Below, one piece after another: positions 1 to 13,104 of a stretch of DNA of 64,000 nt. The notes under the pieces were generated by a model. The model worked only from the letters and a program-made list of their open reading frames with translations. It made no database searches and was not told where the DNA came from. Each line of letters opens with the position of its first letter. Positions within the stretch are counted from its first letter, which is position 1. This stretch comes from Octopus vulgaris (lineage: Eukaryota). Both the position numbers and the translations under genes were made by a program. Location: positions 33,418,001-33,482,000 of the forward strand of contig OX597829.1 of the NCBI GenBank assembly GCA_951406725.2. The letters are read 5' to 3'.

Positions 1-891
1 TAAGAAAGGAAGGGGTGATCCACCAATGGAAGTGGGATGGTGAAAAGTCAACAGTGAAACAAAAATCAAACACTGCTTCACCTCTGTGCGAGTATATGTG
101 TGTGTGTGTAAAAGGGAGGAATGTGAATGTTTGTGTGTTTATGTGTGTGTTTGTGTAAAACATTAATATATTTGAGTGAGTGTATATGTGTTTGTGTATG
201 TATATTTAGAAAGATACATAGAAAATAGAATTACAGATACTCATTCATTTACACATACATAAATATATACATACATATAAACAGACACACTTAAAAATGA
301 AGGAAGCGGGCTGTGACAAAGTATAGAAAACTGTGTTCACCACAGACTGTGCTACACATACATATAAATGTATACACATGCTCTCTCTCTCTCACACACA
401 CACACACACAGACACAGAGTTGAAGCAATGTTTGTTTTTCACCTTTTTGTACCCATTTTATATACAAAATACTACAATTAGCCATCACTTTTGATGGCAC
501 GGGGTCAACTAAATGTCATAAACTGTGTACAGTTGAAGTCATGAAATTGCGTAGCTGTTTAAGCAATGTTCCAAAGTAGCATTGTAAGCAATATTCATAA
601 TTAATACTTATAATTAGAATAAGTATATATTTATGTACATACAGACACACACACACACATATTGTCAATGTATCATATATCTGGAAAAGAAGTACATAGA
701 GCAGTAATGTATTTATATGCAGTTAAATCTATGTCCGGTAACAGAGTGACCAATGATTTTGCATACACAAAGGGCTGATGGATCCATTTGTGTCTTTCGT
801 TGTTCGAAAGAATAGTTTATGTTCCATGTATTCGTGCTTCATACTTTTTTAGTTGTACACGTTTCATGACGTCCTGTACCCACATATGCAT

Positions 892-1315
892 ATCATCATC
901 ATCATTTAGCGTCCGTTTTCCATGCTAGCATGGGTTGGACGGTTCAACTGGGGTCTGGGGAGCCCGAAGGCTGCACCAGGCCAGTCAGATCTGGCAGTGT
1001 TTCTACAGCTGGATGCCCTTCCTAACGCCAACCACTCCGAGAGTGTAGTGGGTGATTTTATGTGCCACCGACACAGGTGCCAGACGAGGCTGGCGAACGG
1101 CCACGCTCGGATGGTGTTTTTATGTGCCACCGACACAGGTGCCAGACGAGGCTGGCAGACGGCCACGCTCGGATGGTGTTTTTATGTGCCACCGACACAG
1201 GTGCCAGATGAGGCTGGCGGACGGCCACGATCGGATGGTGTTTGTTACGTCCCCAAAGCACGGAGGCCAGTCTATGCGGTACTGGCTACGGCCACGTTCG
1301 GATGATTTTCTTGTG

Positions 1316-1320
<5 letters not shown>
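892..1320 (-). mobile_element. RTE LINE 3'UTR/tail fragment with (CAT)n tail and three ~63-bp internal tandem repeats
   Basis: Nearly identical to the 3' end of the RTE at 41386-41700 (catcatc..gcgtccgttttccatgctagcatgggttggacgg..gatgcccttcctaacgccaaccactcc). The unit tgtgccaccgacacaggtgccagacgaggctggc repeats at about 1061, 1124 and 1185. Confidence 0.85.
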
Positions 1321-1353
<33 letters not shown>

Positions 1354-1999
1354 GTATAGATGTATGAACATATATCATCATCATCATCATCGTTTAACGT
1401 CCGTTTTCCGCGCTAGCACGGGTATATGTATAAATGCATATATATATATATATATAGATTTATGAACATATACGTATGTGTATTTATATATATTATATAT
1501 ATTATTATATGACAGAACATCATGCATCCTCTTCCAAGATGGCTTTATCTTAATAATTCTGATGCGCACTTTATACAATCTTTTTATTCTTTCATCTTTT
1601 TCCCTCTTTTTCTTTCTCATATTCTTTTACTTCTACTTCTCCCACTATTCTATCCTATTACTCTGTCATCTCTCTCCCTCATTCCTCCTCCCTTGTTCAC
1701 GTGGCTCCCATGTGACCATCGGCCATCTTTCTTTCTTTCTCTCCATTGTAGCTGGAACAAGGAAGATGTTTTCTTGTTTGTCTCCTGTCCTAGCTTGATT
1801 TATGCGTTTGCCACCACCTCATTTAAGCTTAGCAGCCCTTCCTGCTTGTTTGCACTGTCCTGTTTGTGTTACCTATTTTGATTCTCCACAAAATCCCAAA
1901 TTTTATTTAATTTGCTTTGCGGGAGCAACTGTTTTATTGAAAGCATATATTGTTGTTAAATTCTTGGAATACGAGACTAGAAAAACAGCCAACAACTGA

Positions 2000-2240
2000 T
2001 AAAGGGTCGTTACTACTAGTTCTTTGATCCCATGCTGATACCAGTTCTTGTCGTTTGAGGTGAGCTTCAGGAAACTGTTGCCAAACACGGATATTGCAAA
2101 CACAAGGTCATGCTCTACGTCAGGTGGAATTATGAGAGGATAATTCATCATAAGTTCATTCTGGATGGTCAAACCATTGATGCCAACCTATACTTCAAAG
2201 AACGGGAGTGGATGTATGCCATTTTGTGGCAAAAGTGATG
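2000..2240 (+). pseudogene. Mariner transposase fragment
   Basis: Reads KVMLYVRWNYERIIHHKFILDGQTIDANLY, matching the mariner motif KVMLxVWWDxxGxIHxExLxxGxTIxAxxY. Confidence 0.7.
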
Positions 2241-2574
2241 ACTTCATGACTGTGAACTCTTTCTTACATCAGATCATGATGGGATGTATTAATTTAAATA
2301 TTAGCAGTTTAAAATGAGAGGTCTTTGTATGATAGGGCCAAAGACTATATTAAGCAGTTTATTTTCAAAATGGTTAGTAGTTACCTACTGATTGAGCCTA
2401 AAGTTTCAAATTAGATAGCAGTTCAAACAATTCAGATAAGAGAACAAGTGAAATTTGGAATTTGTTCATAAAATTTATGTACAACAAATGTATCAACAAA
2501 AGTATGGAGTGTTTATCAGATACAATCAACAAATACTGATATGAGAATAGTATATATATAAAAAAAAAAGACCT

Positions 2575-3085
2575 TTAAAAGAAATAGAGTATCAAGTGAC
2601 CAGGTCACGGATGTACCACTGCTGTTTATAAGTATTGAAAGCCTGATATACAGCAATGTAGAGTACCAGCAATTAGGTTATTGTACATGTTTCACCACAG
2701 TCTATAACAACTGACCAACTATCTTACTTTGAAATAAAGTGACTAGGTCATAAATGGACTGTTAGAAACTATAAGGAACTGACTAACAACTTAAATATAG
2801 TAAATACAGTGAAGTAGAATATCAATAACCAAGTTATAGCTACAATCTATAACAATTAAAAAACTGACTTAAACAAATACAGTGAAATAGAAAATGAGTG
2901 ATCAGTAGTTGATGACTGTACCCCCCTCATCCCACACAGCCAAAAAGAACTGACCCAACAACTAAGTTCCAAGTGAGGAATAGAGTATCAGGAATCATAA
3001 CTCAGATGTCTATAAATATCTTCAATGGGTTTCAAGAGTGTACCACAATGCAAATACTGGAACAGTATCAATGACCAGGTTGCAT
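2575..3085. repeat. Degenerate tandem repeat, ~70-90-bp units
   Basis: The motif (t)acagtgaaatagagtatca.tgaccaggt recurs near 2581, 2650, 2730, 2806, 2879, 2972 and 3057. Confidence 0.5.
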
Positions 3086-3429
3086 TTGGTGATAAAAATC
3101 TTGATACCAAACTCATAAGTGAAGTTAACAGCATTTTTGTGTGCTTCTGAATGACTAATATGTGTCTTCCACATTATAATTGTTTTACTTTCATCACACG
3201 GTATCAAAAACCATGCCAAAACTGACACTGGGGCTCAGAGTAGCACTGCAGCTTGCCAGATCCTTTCAAATAGTTCAACCATACAAGCATGGAAAACAGA
3301 CTCTAAGGTGAAGTTGTCTTCTAGTTGATCCTATGTATATCAATCTGACAGAGCACGTTATTTAACACACTGCATTGGATTTCAAGGCCAGATCTCTCAA
3401 TGCTGTTTTTTAACAAGATATCTGGCTTC

Positions 3430-3810
3430 CTTATCAGAATCATGAGGTGGGATCACACACTCAGACACTATCTCTCACACACTGGACACATACTGCCTAA
3501 ACCAATGTCCAATCAGAACAATACAACCAATGGACAATGTCTGCTTGTGATTTATATCCAATGCTGTGTACCAAATGATGTGTTCTTGTGGGATGACATA
3601 CATAGGATTGATCAGATGACAACTTCACCTTGGAGTGAAGGAACATTTCTCCAAAGCCCCACCAAGTGCTGTGTTCCACCATCATCAACACTGTGATGGC
3701 TATTTCACTACCTGTCTACTGCAAGGGCAACAGATACGGTTAATCTCAGATCACAGAGGTGCACTTCATTAGGAAGAAAGCCCTTAGCCTCCTCCGTAAT
3801 GAACTGTATG
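3430..3810 (+). pseudogene. Penelope-like element GIY-YIG endonuclease relic
   Basis: From ~3563 it reads AVYQMMCSCGMTYIGLIR*QLHLGVKEHF..SAVFHH (VY..C.CG..YIG...R.L....EH). A C-terminal ITEVHFIRKK follows in a shifted frame. Confidence 0.7.
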
Positions 3811-4383
3811 CATAGAAACACAGCTAAAGCTTCCAAGATCTTTAATCAACACTGGCAATAGCAATCATCAAGGAAGATAAAAAAAAAACAAGGATTAAGA
3901 AAGTCTGATGAATTATTGATTTGAAAGTTCTTATGAAATAAGTTATAATACACAGCAACAAGGCTCTCTACAGGTCACATGCCACAAGTATGGTAAACTA
4001 TCTATCTGTCTGTTTGTCTATCTATCTATCTTTCTATCAACCAGGATGTGTATGTCTGTCTGTCTATCTGTCTACCTACCTATCTATCAACCAATCTAAT
4101 TTTATATCTACTTAAACCATTTATATATCCTTAATCTCTTACATCTATGAACCTTTAAAACTTTTATACTCATAAATCTATTATGGAAAAATTAAACCTC
4201 TACATAACTCCTTAGACTCTACCACTTTTTATTGTATTTTAGCTTGTTTTATTTTATTCTACCCTTCACCCTCCTCCTCTATCTTCTTACTAAATGGCAT
4301 TACCCTATTTTCTTACCATACTCTAACCATGTTGCCTGAGATACACCAAAACATTAACATATATTATACCTATATCAATATCT

Positions 4384-5386
4384 ACAGGGTGGGTGGAAAG
4401 TAACTAGGCATTAAAAATTGCTTATAGAATTTTTAAACAGACAACACTAATGAGGATTTTATTTCCTTATTGTCTTATTTCTTATTTTCCAGATGGCTGG
4501 TTGCTTGACTGTTCAGGAGTGAGCTAAGATAGCAGCATGCTATGAAGTGTGGAATTCCATTGTTTTAGTTCAGAGATGGTGGTATGCATGGAAAGATAAG
4601 CATGCATCAATATATCTGGAGATAATAAAAAGTTGTCATGCAAAGCTGATGACCATGGGCTCTGTGAACAATGCAAGATGAGGCTGTCCAACCACATCCC
4701 AATTAGTGGAGAACATGGCAACAATACAGGAAATTGTTATTATTCAGGTCACTGCCCAGAATCAAACTCGGAATCTTAGGGTTAGTAGCATGTGCTCTTA
4801 ACCAATATGCCATATGCCCAAGTTCAATTCCAGGCAGTGACCTGAATAATAATAATAATAATAATAATGCAGGAAATGTTTAATCCTAGCCTGCAAAAAT
4901 CAACACGTCAAGCAGTTCGTGAAAGTGGACTAACAAGACATACAATACATATGGTGTAGCATAAAGATTTGAATTTTCGTCCATGGAAATCCCATTACAT
5001 GCAGGAGCTAAAATCTGAAGACTGTGACTGCAGAAGTGCAGAACTTCAAGAAGTCCAGATCTCACTCCATGTAATTTTTACCTGTGGAGTTACACAAAAG
5101 AGGAGGTTTACAAGACAATACCTAGCACACTGGAGGACTTGGAGACAAGGATTCAGGAGGTTCTCAATGATATCCCAGATGAAGTCCTTCAGAAGGTTAT
5201 TCATTCCATCCCTGGCCATTTGAGGAAACTGGTTGATGCTACCAGTACTTACGTTGAAAATATGAAGATTTACTTTCATTTTCCAAAGTAATAAAGAATA
5301 CGTAACATTTATTTCAATATATTTGTAAAAGGAATATAGACTTTATTACCAATTTTTAAAGCTTACTTACTTTTCACCCACTATGT
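4384..5386 (+). mobile_element. Tc1/mariner-superfamily element, internally deleted, with TIRs
   Basis: The left TIR ta|cagggtgggtggaaagtaactaggcattaaaaattg mirrors the right caatttttaaagcttacttacttttcacccactatg|ta. Degenerate transposase with DUF4817-like HTH N-terminus from ATG 4493 and a C-terminus near 5250. Confidence 0.8.
4735..4865 (-). mobile_element. Short tRNA-derived SINE inserted as a tails-out inverted pair with ~12-bp TSD
   Basis: The reverse complement gggcatatggcatattggttaagagc..gagtttgattctgggcagtgacctgaata has A/B-box-like motifs. It is followed by a + strand 3' copy with an (AAT)n tail. Flanks are aatacaggaaat (4723) and aatgcaggaaat (4866). Confidence 0.7.
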
Positions 5387-6289
5387 ATATCTATATACAG
5401 TAATGAATTAAAAGTAGCACTAGTGTTGCAAACATTATCAACTGCAACATAGTCAATATATGTGTTTTGCATGTTCGCTGCAATAAAACACCTAGAGGAT
5501 GACTCTCTCATTGCACTGGGTGTTAAACCACTTGGAAGTCATAGACAGGCAAAACAACTCACCGTAGATCTCATTCATGAGTAATGGATACCGATATTTC
5601 ACCAGTTTCATGGCTTATTAACATCACATACCTGAATCAAACTGGAGACGAAATGAATCGCCAGTCTATGACTAAATATAAATAGTGTAAAAACTATTTG
5701 TCACAATGATGCAGACAAATGATTAAATTCAATAACAAATTAGAAAAAGCACTAGTGTTGTGAACATTATTGACTGCACATATTCAATGTAAATGTTCAC
5801 TGTGGTAATGACTCCCTGGGTATTAAAATGGCAAAATATCGGTATCCATCAATCCCGAATGGGATCTAAAGCCAACCACTTTACAGCATATACTGCACTA
5901 TTAATGTCACCATACAGCTTTCAGGACTACGAACCTTTGTGGTTCCATGTGCATTGGATGCTTAACCACTGTGAATCATCAGGAGAACACTTTATCACAT
6001 TGGGTTACAGAGATCAAGTGTCTAAAGTTAAACATTTATGAATACCTTTCTGATGAAAAACAGTGTTGCAAATGACGAGTTCAAATTCAGTGCAAAGCTG
6101 AAGAAGGTGAAGACCATTACTCTTCATCTCATCTAATCCATGCTTCCCTAGTGTATCCCAGATCTCATGATCATATCCAACATGGGTTTTAAAAGATAGA
6201 AATCCATGATAGATTCACAGCTGCTGTCAAAAGTAGGAGCATAAACAGAAAGAACAGTCATAAAATAGTTGCATGGTAAAAGAAATTTC

Positions 6290-7400
6290 AAAACAACATA
6301 CTGTATTGCTTGGTATTCTTGCCAGAAGCCCCAATATGAGCATTTCAGAGTGTTAGGGTGTCAATCTGAGGACAGTGCAGAGGATTCGGAAAGAGTTGGA
6401 TGAGTCTAATGGTGATTACAAAGGTATAGCTGCTTGGAAATCTCAATCTGATTGTTCTGATAAGAAAAGAACTCCTAAATTTGTTGGTGAGATCAAGGCC
6501 ATGATTAACAACGATCCCGCTAAGTCAATCAGGTCCATTGCCAGGGATATGGCAGTATCTGAGTTTCTTATCAGGCAAGTAATGCATGAAGACATTTGGT
6601 AGTCCTCATACAAGACGAGAGAGGGCCAGTTTTTATCCCAAGCCATCAAGGACAAGAGGAAAGGCCTCATCACAAAGCTTTTGAACAAACTCAAGCATCC
6701 CCTCCAACTGAACATGTTTTCGTTTTTCTCAGACAAAAAAAATTTCTGCCAGCATCAGATGGTGAACACACAAAACAACTGTTGGCTTGTCATGTTCCCA
6801 AAACATGTACCAAGAGTGATAAAAATCAAACATCCAATCAAAATCATGGTGTTTGGAATGATCACTAGTGATGGTGAAGTTATAGCTCCATTATCTTCCC
6901 ACATGGCCTCAGACTCAACACAGAGGCCTACATCAAGTGCCTGGAGGAGGTAATGCTGTCCTGGGTCAAGAGGATGACTGCTGGAAGACTCTATGTCTGG
7001 CAACAGGACTCTGCACCATGTCAGACAATTTCTGTGACCTCATAACCCCTAGCATCTGGTCATTAACTCCCCAGACTGCAACCCCTTGATTATTATGTGT
7101 GGGGCACAGTTGAGCCAGAGACCAATAGAATTCCTTGTAACAGTAAAGTTGAACTGAAGGCAAGGACTGTAGCAGCATTCACCAACTTAAACAAGGAGAC
7201 TGTACAGAAGAGTTGCAGGAGATTCCGAAGTTGTCTAGAGGCTCTGGTTGAAGCTAATGGTAATTTTATCGAATAAATTTACTCTTTAGTATTTGAAGAT
7301 GTTTTTATGTAATTTTGGTAAATATATCTGTTAAATTGAGATATCAGTGTTATTTTCATTTTTGTGTAATTTAGACGACAATTTATTCACTGCACTCTGT
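6290..7400 (+). mobile_element. Tc1/mariner (maT/DD37D-like) transposon relic
   Basis: Frameshifted ORFs 6375-6602 (DPAKSIRSIARDMAVS HTH) and 6681-6953 (FFSDKKNF..IMVFGMITSDG). NSPDCNPLDYYVWG near 7065. Ends ..gcactctg|ta. Confidence 0.8.
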
Positions 7401-7945
7401 ATATTACTTATAAAGAGTATATCTGCCAGCTAATGTGTCCTCCTTCTATGATGGTAGTGTGCAATTACAGAATGATTTGGTAGTTACTTCTAGCAGATTG
7501 AGTGACTGCAGGAAAATTAATTTATTGGCTCACTTTTTGCTTAATTGTTAACCTCAGGTTGGCACTGATAGAGTAGAACTATGATCAAAGTATATAAGCT
7601 GTGTTTGTTGACCATATATGAATACAGTATATATACTGCATTCATTTAGTAATTCTACCATTTTCTGTACAGACTATTTTGAATATAGCATTTTTCTATT
7701 TTTGTCCTCTTTTATTTTAATGTATAGACCAATGCTTTTTTCCAAAAATGCACTTTTTAAAAGTATATATAAAATATTTTTTCTTGGTAGATGTATCATA
7801 TATGTATATATATTTTTTGTTTTTGGTAGGAAGTATATGTATGGTGTTGCATACCAATATTTTTAGGATAAGTATCAATTCTATCCAAGTATCTGAGCTA
7901 ACTTTTTTTAGTACATATACTAATTTTTTAAAAGCATATCAACAT

Positions 7946-8175
7946 AGGAGGCGCAATGGCCCAGTGGTTAGGGCAGCGGACTCGCGATTGGAGGATCATG
8001 GTTTCGATTCCCAGACCGGGTGCCGAGTGTGTTTGTTGAGCAAAAACACCTAAAAGTTCCACGAGGCTCTGGTAGGGTGTGGTGGCGACCCCTGTTATAC
8101 TCTTTTCATGGCGGTGCCCCAGCATGGCCACAGCTCGTGAGCTGAAACTAGATGAAATGAAAAAAAAATGAAAAA
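7946..8175 (+). mobile_element. tRNA-derived SINE (tRNA-Arg-like head)
   Basis: Head ggcgcaatggcccagtggttagggcagcggactcgcg..ggtttcgattcc (A/B boxes), tail ggcggtgccccagcatggccacagctc..gctgaaac plus an A-rich end. Confidence 0.8.
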
Positions 8176-10429
8176 TATCTACCTATTTTTAAAAAAATAT
8201 ATATATTCCAATTTTCTCATTCGTTTCACTGATTTGTTTTGATTAATTTTTACTGTAACTGGTAAGCTGCATTTTCTAGTAACTTAATAATTAATTACTG
8301 TCAAACAGTTACATAATCAAGATAAAGTTTACACACACACATACACATGTGTACATGCACACACATCATAATGTGCATAGCAATTTCTTCTTTATAAATG
8401 CCACCTAATTTTACAGCATATCCTGTGAATCTTCACCAGTGTATGCTAACATTCTTCACTGAATCTAACAATTTATTAAGGGTGTGTAGCCTATTTATTT
8501 TTGACATATATTTTTAGAATACGTACAGTGTATGTTTAGAATATATACTATTTCTTTAGTATATAAACTACATACTGCTATATTAAGTGTAATATTTTTC
8601 TTACTATATGTTCTAATTTCTATAGTGTATGAACTACATACTTCTAAAGTGCACAATATATTTTTTTTACTGTATGTATAATTTTTTTCAATATATGAAT
8701 TAAATATTTTAAATATATTTACAGTATTTTTTTAGTAAATGAAATAAAATCATAGAGTATATATACTAATGTTTTTTTTTAATATGTACCATTTTTTCTC
8801 AATAAATGTGACAATTTCTTAAAATAAATTATGCATATCATTTTAATGTTAGTATTTTTTTGTATAAGTATCAATGTTTTTAATGTATGTAACATAACTT
8901 TTAGTGTATGTATGTAGAGCATCTTTTTTCTTTTAGTTCATGTACCAATTTTCTTTCTAATACATGCACATGTGCTTTTGCATTATCATGTTTGAAAAAC
9001 TTGTGAACAAAATAGTGAGCTTATTGTATACAGTGCTCATATGCATGTACAGATGTACACACGTATGTATGCATGCACATGTTTGTGTTTTTCATATGTA
9101 CTGAATTTTAGGTAAATCTCTTATCCATCTTAAATGACTGAATGGTTAAGTAGTTTGCTTGACAATCATGAAATCTTAGCTTTGATACTCTAGCATAGCA
9201 CCCTTCACAAGTGAATTTTGTCATAGCCTTGAATGGACCCAAGCCTTGTGAGGGAAACTAGACAGACATAGACAGAAAGTGTGTGGAAGCTTGCTGAACA
9301 TATTTTACCAGTAATTCAAGGGTCCAGACAGTTTTACTGATTCTGTTAGAAGGTCAATTTAAGTGTATACATGTCTGTGGAATGCTCAACTACTTTGTAC
9401 ATTAATTTAATAAGTAACACTCATTATTAAAACCGATGGAAACCCATTTACTTTAATGCTTTAGCATTCAGAATTTAATTAAATTAGAACAGAAGGACAC
9501 ATTAGTATAATTTTACTTAAAATCTCCAAGAAGTTAAGGAGATAGACAAAGAACATTTTGTACCAATAACATCATAGTTATAACTTTGTGCAGCTGAAGA
9601 TTGGTCTATATTTTAAATTGATGTAATAAAATGATTGCATTGTTCAATTAAATGGAGCCGCATGAAACAATCGTGCTGCATTACCTCTGGATATATATAT
9701 ATATAAGGGGACAAATTATTAAAATAATAATTCATACCAGCGGTTAGCATTCATAAGAAAAGTCCGTAGACACAAATATTTTTATAATATATATTTTATA
9801 GAACTTGGTGGTTTTCTCTCAGTGTATAAATTTCTACACACTTTATATATATGCACAGCATCCCACCCATAAGGGACAGTAGTAGGATGGGTTGAAACAA
9901 TCATCATACAAAATAAAGAGTTATACCAAATCCATCTTCTGTTTCATTAATTGATTATTATCTCAACTGACACTGCAGAATTCCTGAAGTAAATCCAATG
10001 AAAATATACTCCAACTGCAGATGAGACTAGGTAGCCCAAACTGTGCCAGTGCTTTACTCAACACATCAGCATACTAACTGACATACATGCATTAGTTTAA
10101 AATATTGCACAAACACACACACACACAGAGTGTTTTTTATATGTATCAATTATTAAGTATATGCACTGTGTTTTTATTTTAATTAGTAAAAAATTAATTA
10201 AAATGTAACTTCCTTGATTTGATATATATGCCTTTTATTTTTTTACTCCACTCATAAAGCTTTGATTGAAGGTGTCACACAGTGAGACTGAACCCAAAAC
10301 CATGTGGCTGGAAATCAAGTTTCTTATAACACAAACACGTAAGTGCCTGGAATGTATTTTTGTTTTAGGAAATAACCAACACAATGAGGACACAGACATT
10401 TTTTACAAAACCTTCTAAATATATCTATC

Positions 10430-10770
10430 CTTTATTTGTTTCAGTCATTGGACTGTAGGTATGCTGGGGTACTGCCTTGAAAAGTTCAGTTTATCAAACA
10501 GACCTTAGTACTTATTGTTTTTTAAGTCCGGCACTTATTCTATTGGTTTCTTTTGCTGAACTGTTAAGAGGTGTGTATAGGGTGTGCGTCTGTGTGTGTG
10601 TACATGTGTGTGTAATGGGCTTCCACACCATTTCCATTTACCTAATTCACACACAAGTCATTAGGCAGTCTGGAGATTAGCTGAAGATGCTTGCTCATGT
10701 GCTGTATAGTGGAACTGAACCTGATACCAGGTAGTTGCAAAACAAAATTTTTAACCATATAGCCATGCTA
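10430..10770 (-). mobile_element. Degenerate copy of the major ~390-bp SINE
   Basis: Reverse-complement similarity to 26384-26772 in tail (tttcagtcattggactg), middle and head. Confidence 0.65.
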
Positions 10771-10984
10771 GGTGGCTATTCAATGTTCTGGAAATAATGG
10801 CCAAATTTCCCTCAATTCTCATCTGACTATCTTAAAGAAAAAAAAAAAGAACTGAAGGATACTATAGTCCTAGGTATACTATACCTTAGTAAAAAAAAAT
10901 GAGAGGGACATTGCTGGAATGTTTTTGTTGAGAACTTGGGGCTAAACTACAACTGAAGACTTTTTGAGCTATTAACCAACTATC

Positions 10985-11158
10985 TGCTCAGTCGAAGTCG
11001 ACTCTTGGTTACTCGATGGATCAATGTTCTCCAGCCAGTTCTATCCTGGGTCACTTCTTTCAGATTGGCCATGGCCATTCCTGTGTCACTCTTGATGGTG
11101 TCAAGCCAGTGGGTTCTTGGTTGGCCTCTTCCTCTCTTGCCACTGACCATTCCGAGCT
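10985..11158 (-). pseudogene. RTE (BovB-like) ORF C-terminal fragment
   Basis: Minus strand reads LGMVSGKRGRGQPRTHWLDTIKSDTGMAMANLKEVTQDRTGWRTLIHRVTKSRLRL, typical of a BovB/RTE C-terminus. Confidence 0.75.
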
Positions 11159-12264
11159 ATAGCATACACCAAAATAAAGTATGTCACTTAGGATTGAGTC
11201 ACTTTTGAAAAACAACTCACCGGTTTGGCTAAGGCAATGTTTCACATAAAAGTGAACTAGCTCTCCCCTGAGAAAAGCTTTAGAGGATTTGAAGAGGAGC
11301 AGATGAATTGCTATGTTTAACAAAGCTAAGACAATCTTAAATGTTATAAAATTTCCAACACCATCGTGAAAAAAGAATTATCTTTGCTCTTAGAACAAAC
11401 AAATGAGATAAAAATTTCAGTATCATTTTTTGGAGGAGGAAGGGAAGAGGGAACTGGTATTCGTGAGTTTGAGAACCACTGAGTCAAGAGGTATTTAGCC
11501 ATTACTACTTGACACCACTGTTCTAGTGAGAGAACACAAATTGTTGTTCTGACTCTGCAGTTCGTCTTGTACTGGACAGGATAGTCAAGCTAAGTTCTTT
11601 AGGCCTAGGTCTACACAGATCTCAGCTATGACAATTTTTATCTTTTATTCAGATGGAATGTGCCTAAGACCACATAATACAATGTATATTTCATTTAAAA
11701 AACAGCAGGATGTGATTTAAGGAACATTTTTTGTGGCTATTTGTTTCTAGTAGGTTGAAAGACTACTTGAATACTTTCATGCTGGTATGGACACAGCCAA
11801 ATTGAAGATACCATTAACACACAGTCTGCTGATAAAAATAAAGCTAAGGTATGTCACAATGTTTGTTCAACTACCAGAAACAGATAAATTCATTAAGATT
11901 TTTTTTCTTGCTTCTCTAATAAAGTTAAGATAAACTTAGGTTTTGATTTCATATATTTCAATTTTTCTTGAGGCCAATAAAATTAAGACAGGAATATCCA
12001 AAACTATGCCATCATTCAGCAAAAGTAACATCAAAAGTGCTCCAGCTGTAACTATCTGCATTAGGCATACTATTTCTAGGACTATGTTATTAAATGTTTC
12101 TTCTCTTTTTCAAGAATCACATATTCATAAAAAAACATGACATATGAGATAATGAAGGCATTACTATATATAAATATAAGGGAATGGCCTCTACCTCCAC
12201 CTCACCCAAGAAAAGACAAAATGAGAGAGATAAGTTTTTAAAATGTGCTGTTAGTTTAACATTG

Positions 12265-12550
12265 GGATGGCTGTGGGCTAAGAAGTTTGCTTCCCAACCA
12301 CATGGTTCCTAGTTCAGTCCCACTGCATGGCACCTTGGGCAAGTGTCTTCTACTCTAGTCTCAAGCCAACCAAAGCCTTGCAAGTGGATTTAGTAGATGG
12401 AAATTGTTGTATGTATGTGTGTTATCTTTGTGTCTATGTTTGTCCCTCACCACTGCTTGACACTGGGGTGTTGATTTATTCTACTAAAATTCTTCAAGGT
12501 GGTGTACCAGCATGGCCACAGTCTAATGACTGAAACAAGTAAAAGATAGA
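12265..12550 (+). mobile_element. Major SINE family copy, internally shortened
   Basis: tggctgtgggctaagaagtttgcttcccaaccacatggttcc..ccttgggcaagtgtcttc..ccagcatggccacagtc..tgactgaaacaagtaaaaga. Confidence 0.75.
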
Positions 12551-13104
12551 AGATATACCTGGTAGATTACTGGTAAAACATGGTCACTTTCACAGTGATC
12601 GTTATGTATATGGCAAATGAAAGACAGTAGATGGAATATACAAGAATTTATTATTAATTACGACAATTGTTTTGACACATCCAGCATCGATCCTTCATGG
12701 GTGGGACACTTAACTACTGGTTCAGCAGCATGTGGTGGTGCAGATGTATCTTGTCGGGTGATAAATAAATACAACTCGTTAAAATAACTGCAGCCAGATG
12801 GAGGAAATGTCTTCATTTATATAGAAGATCGAAAATAAAATCACAGATGGAAAAAAGAAAAACAAACACACAATACAGCGAGAAAATTATAAATAATAAC
12901 CGTTAACAAATATGAATGTGTAAATGCCCTCAGGCAAGCTGCATGGTGCGAGTACACTCATTCATACAAGCATCTGCAAAAATGTGAGCATATGCACACA
13001 TGAGGTTTGGTGCATTCATGATCACAAAGCGAGTTAACTATCTACTTGGTGTTTGTTAGAATGGAGAGGTTAACAGTAAACTTAAGCCATCCATACCTTA
13101 AATT

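Noticed and set aside
770-830. CTGATGG..GAAAG hammerhead-like motif; similar partial motifs at ~18495-18560 and ~40180-40220
   Set aside because: Core mismatches and no closing stem I or stem III.
1058-1245. CRISPR-like repeat array
   Set aside because: Whole units repeat without unique spacers, it is part of the RTE 3'UTR, and the context is eukaryotic with no cas genes.
7946-8025. Functional tRNA gene
   Set aside because: No proper acceptor stem, and it continues into a SINE body and tail.
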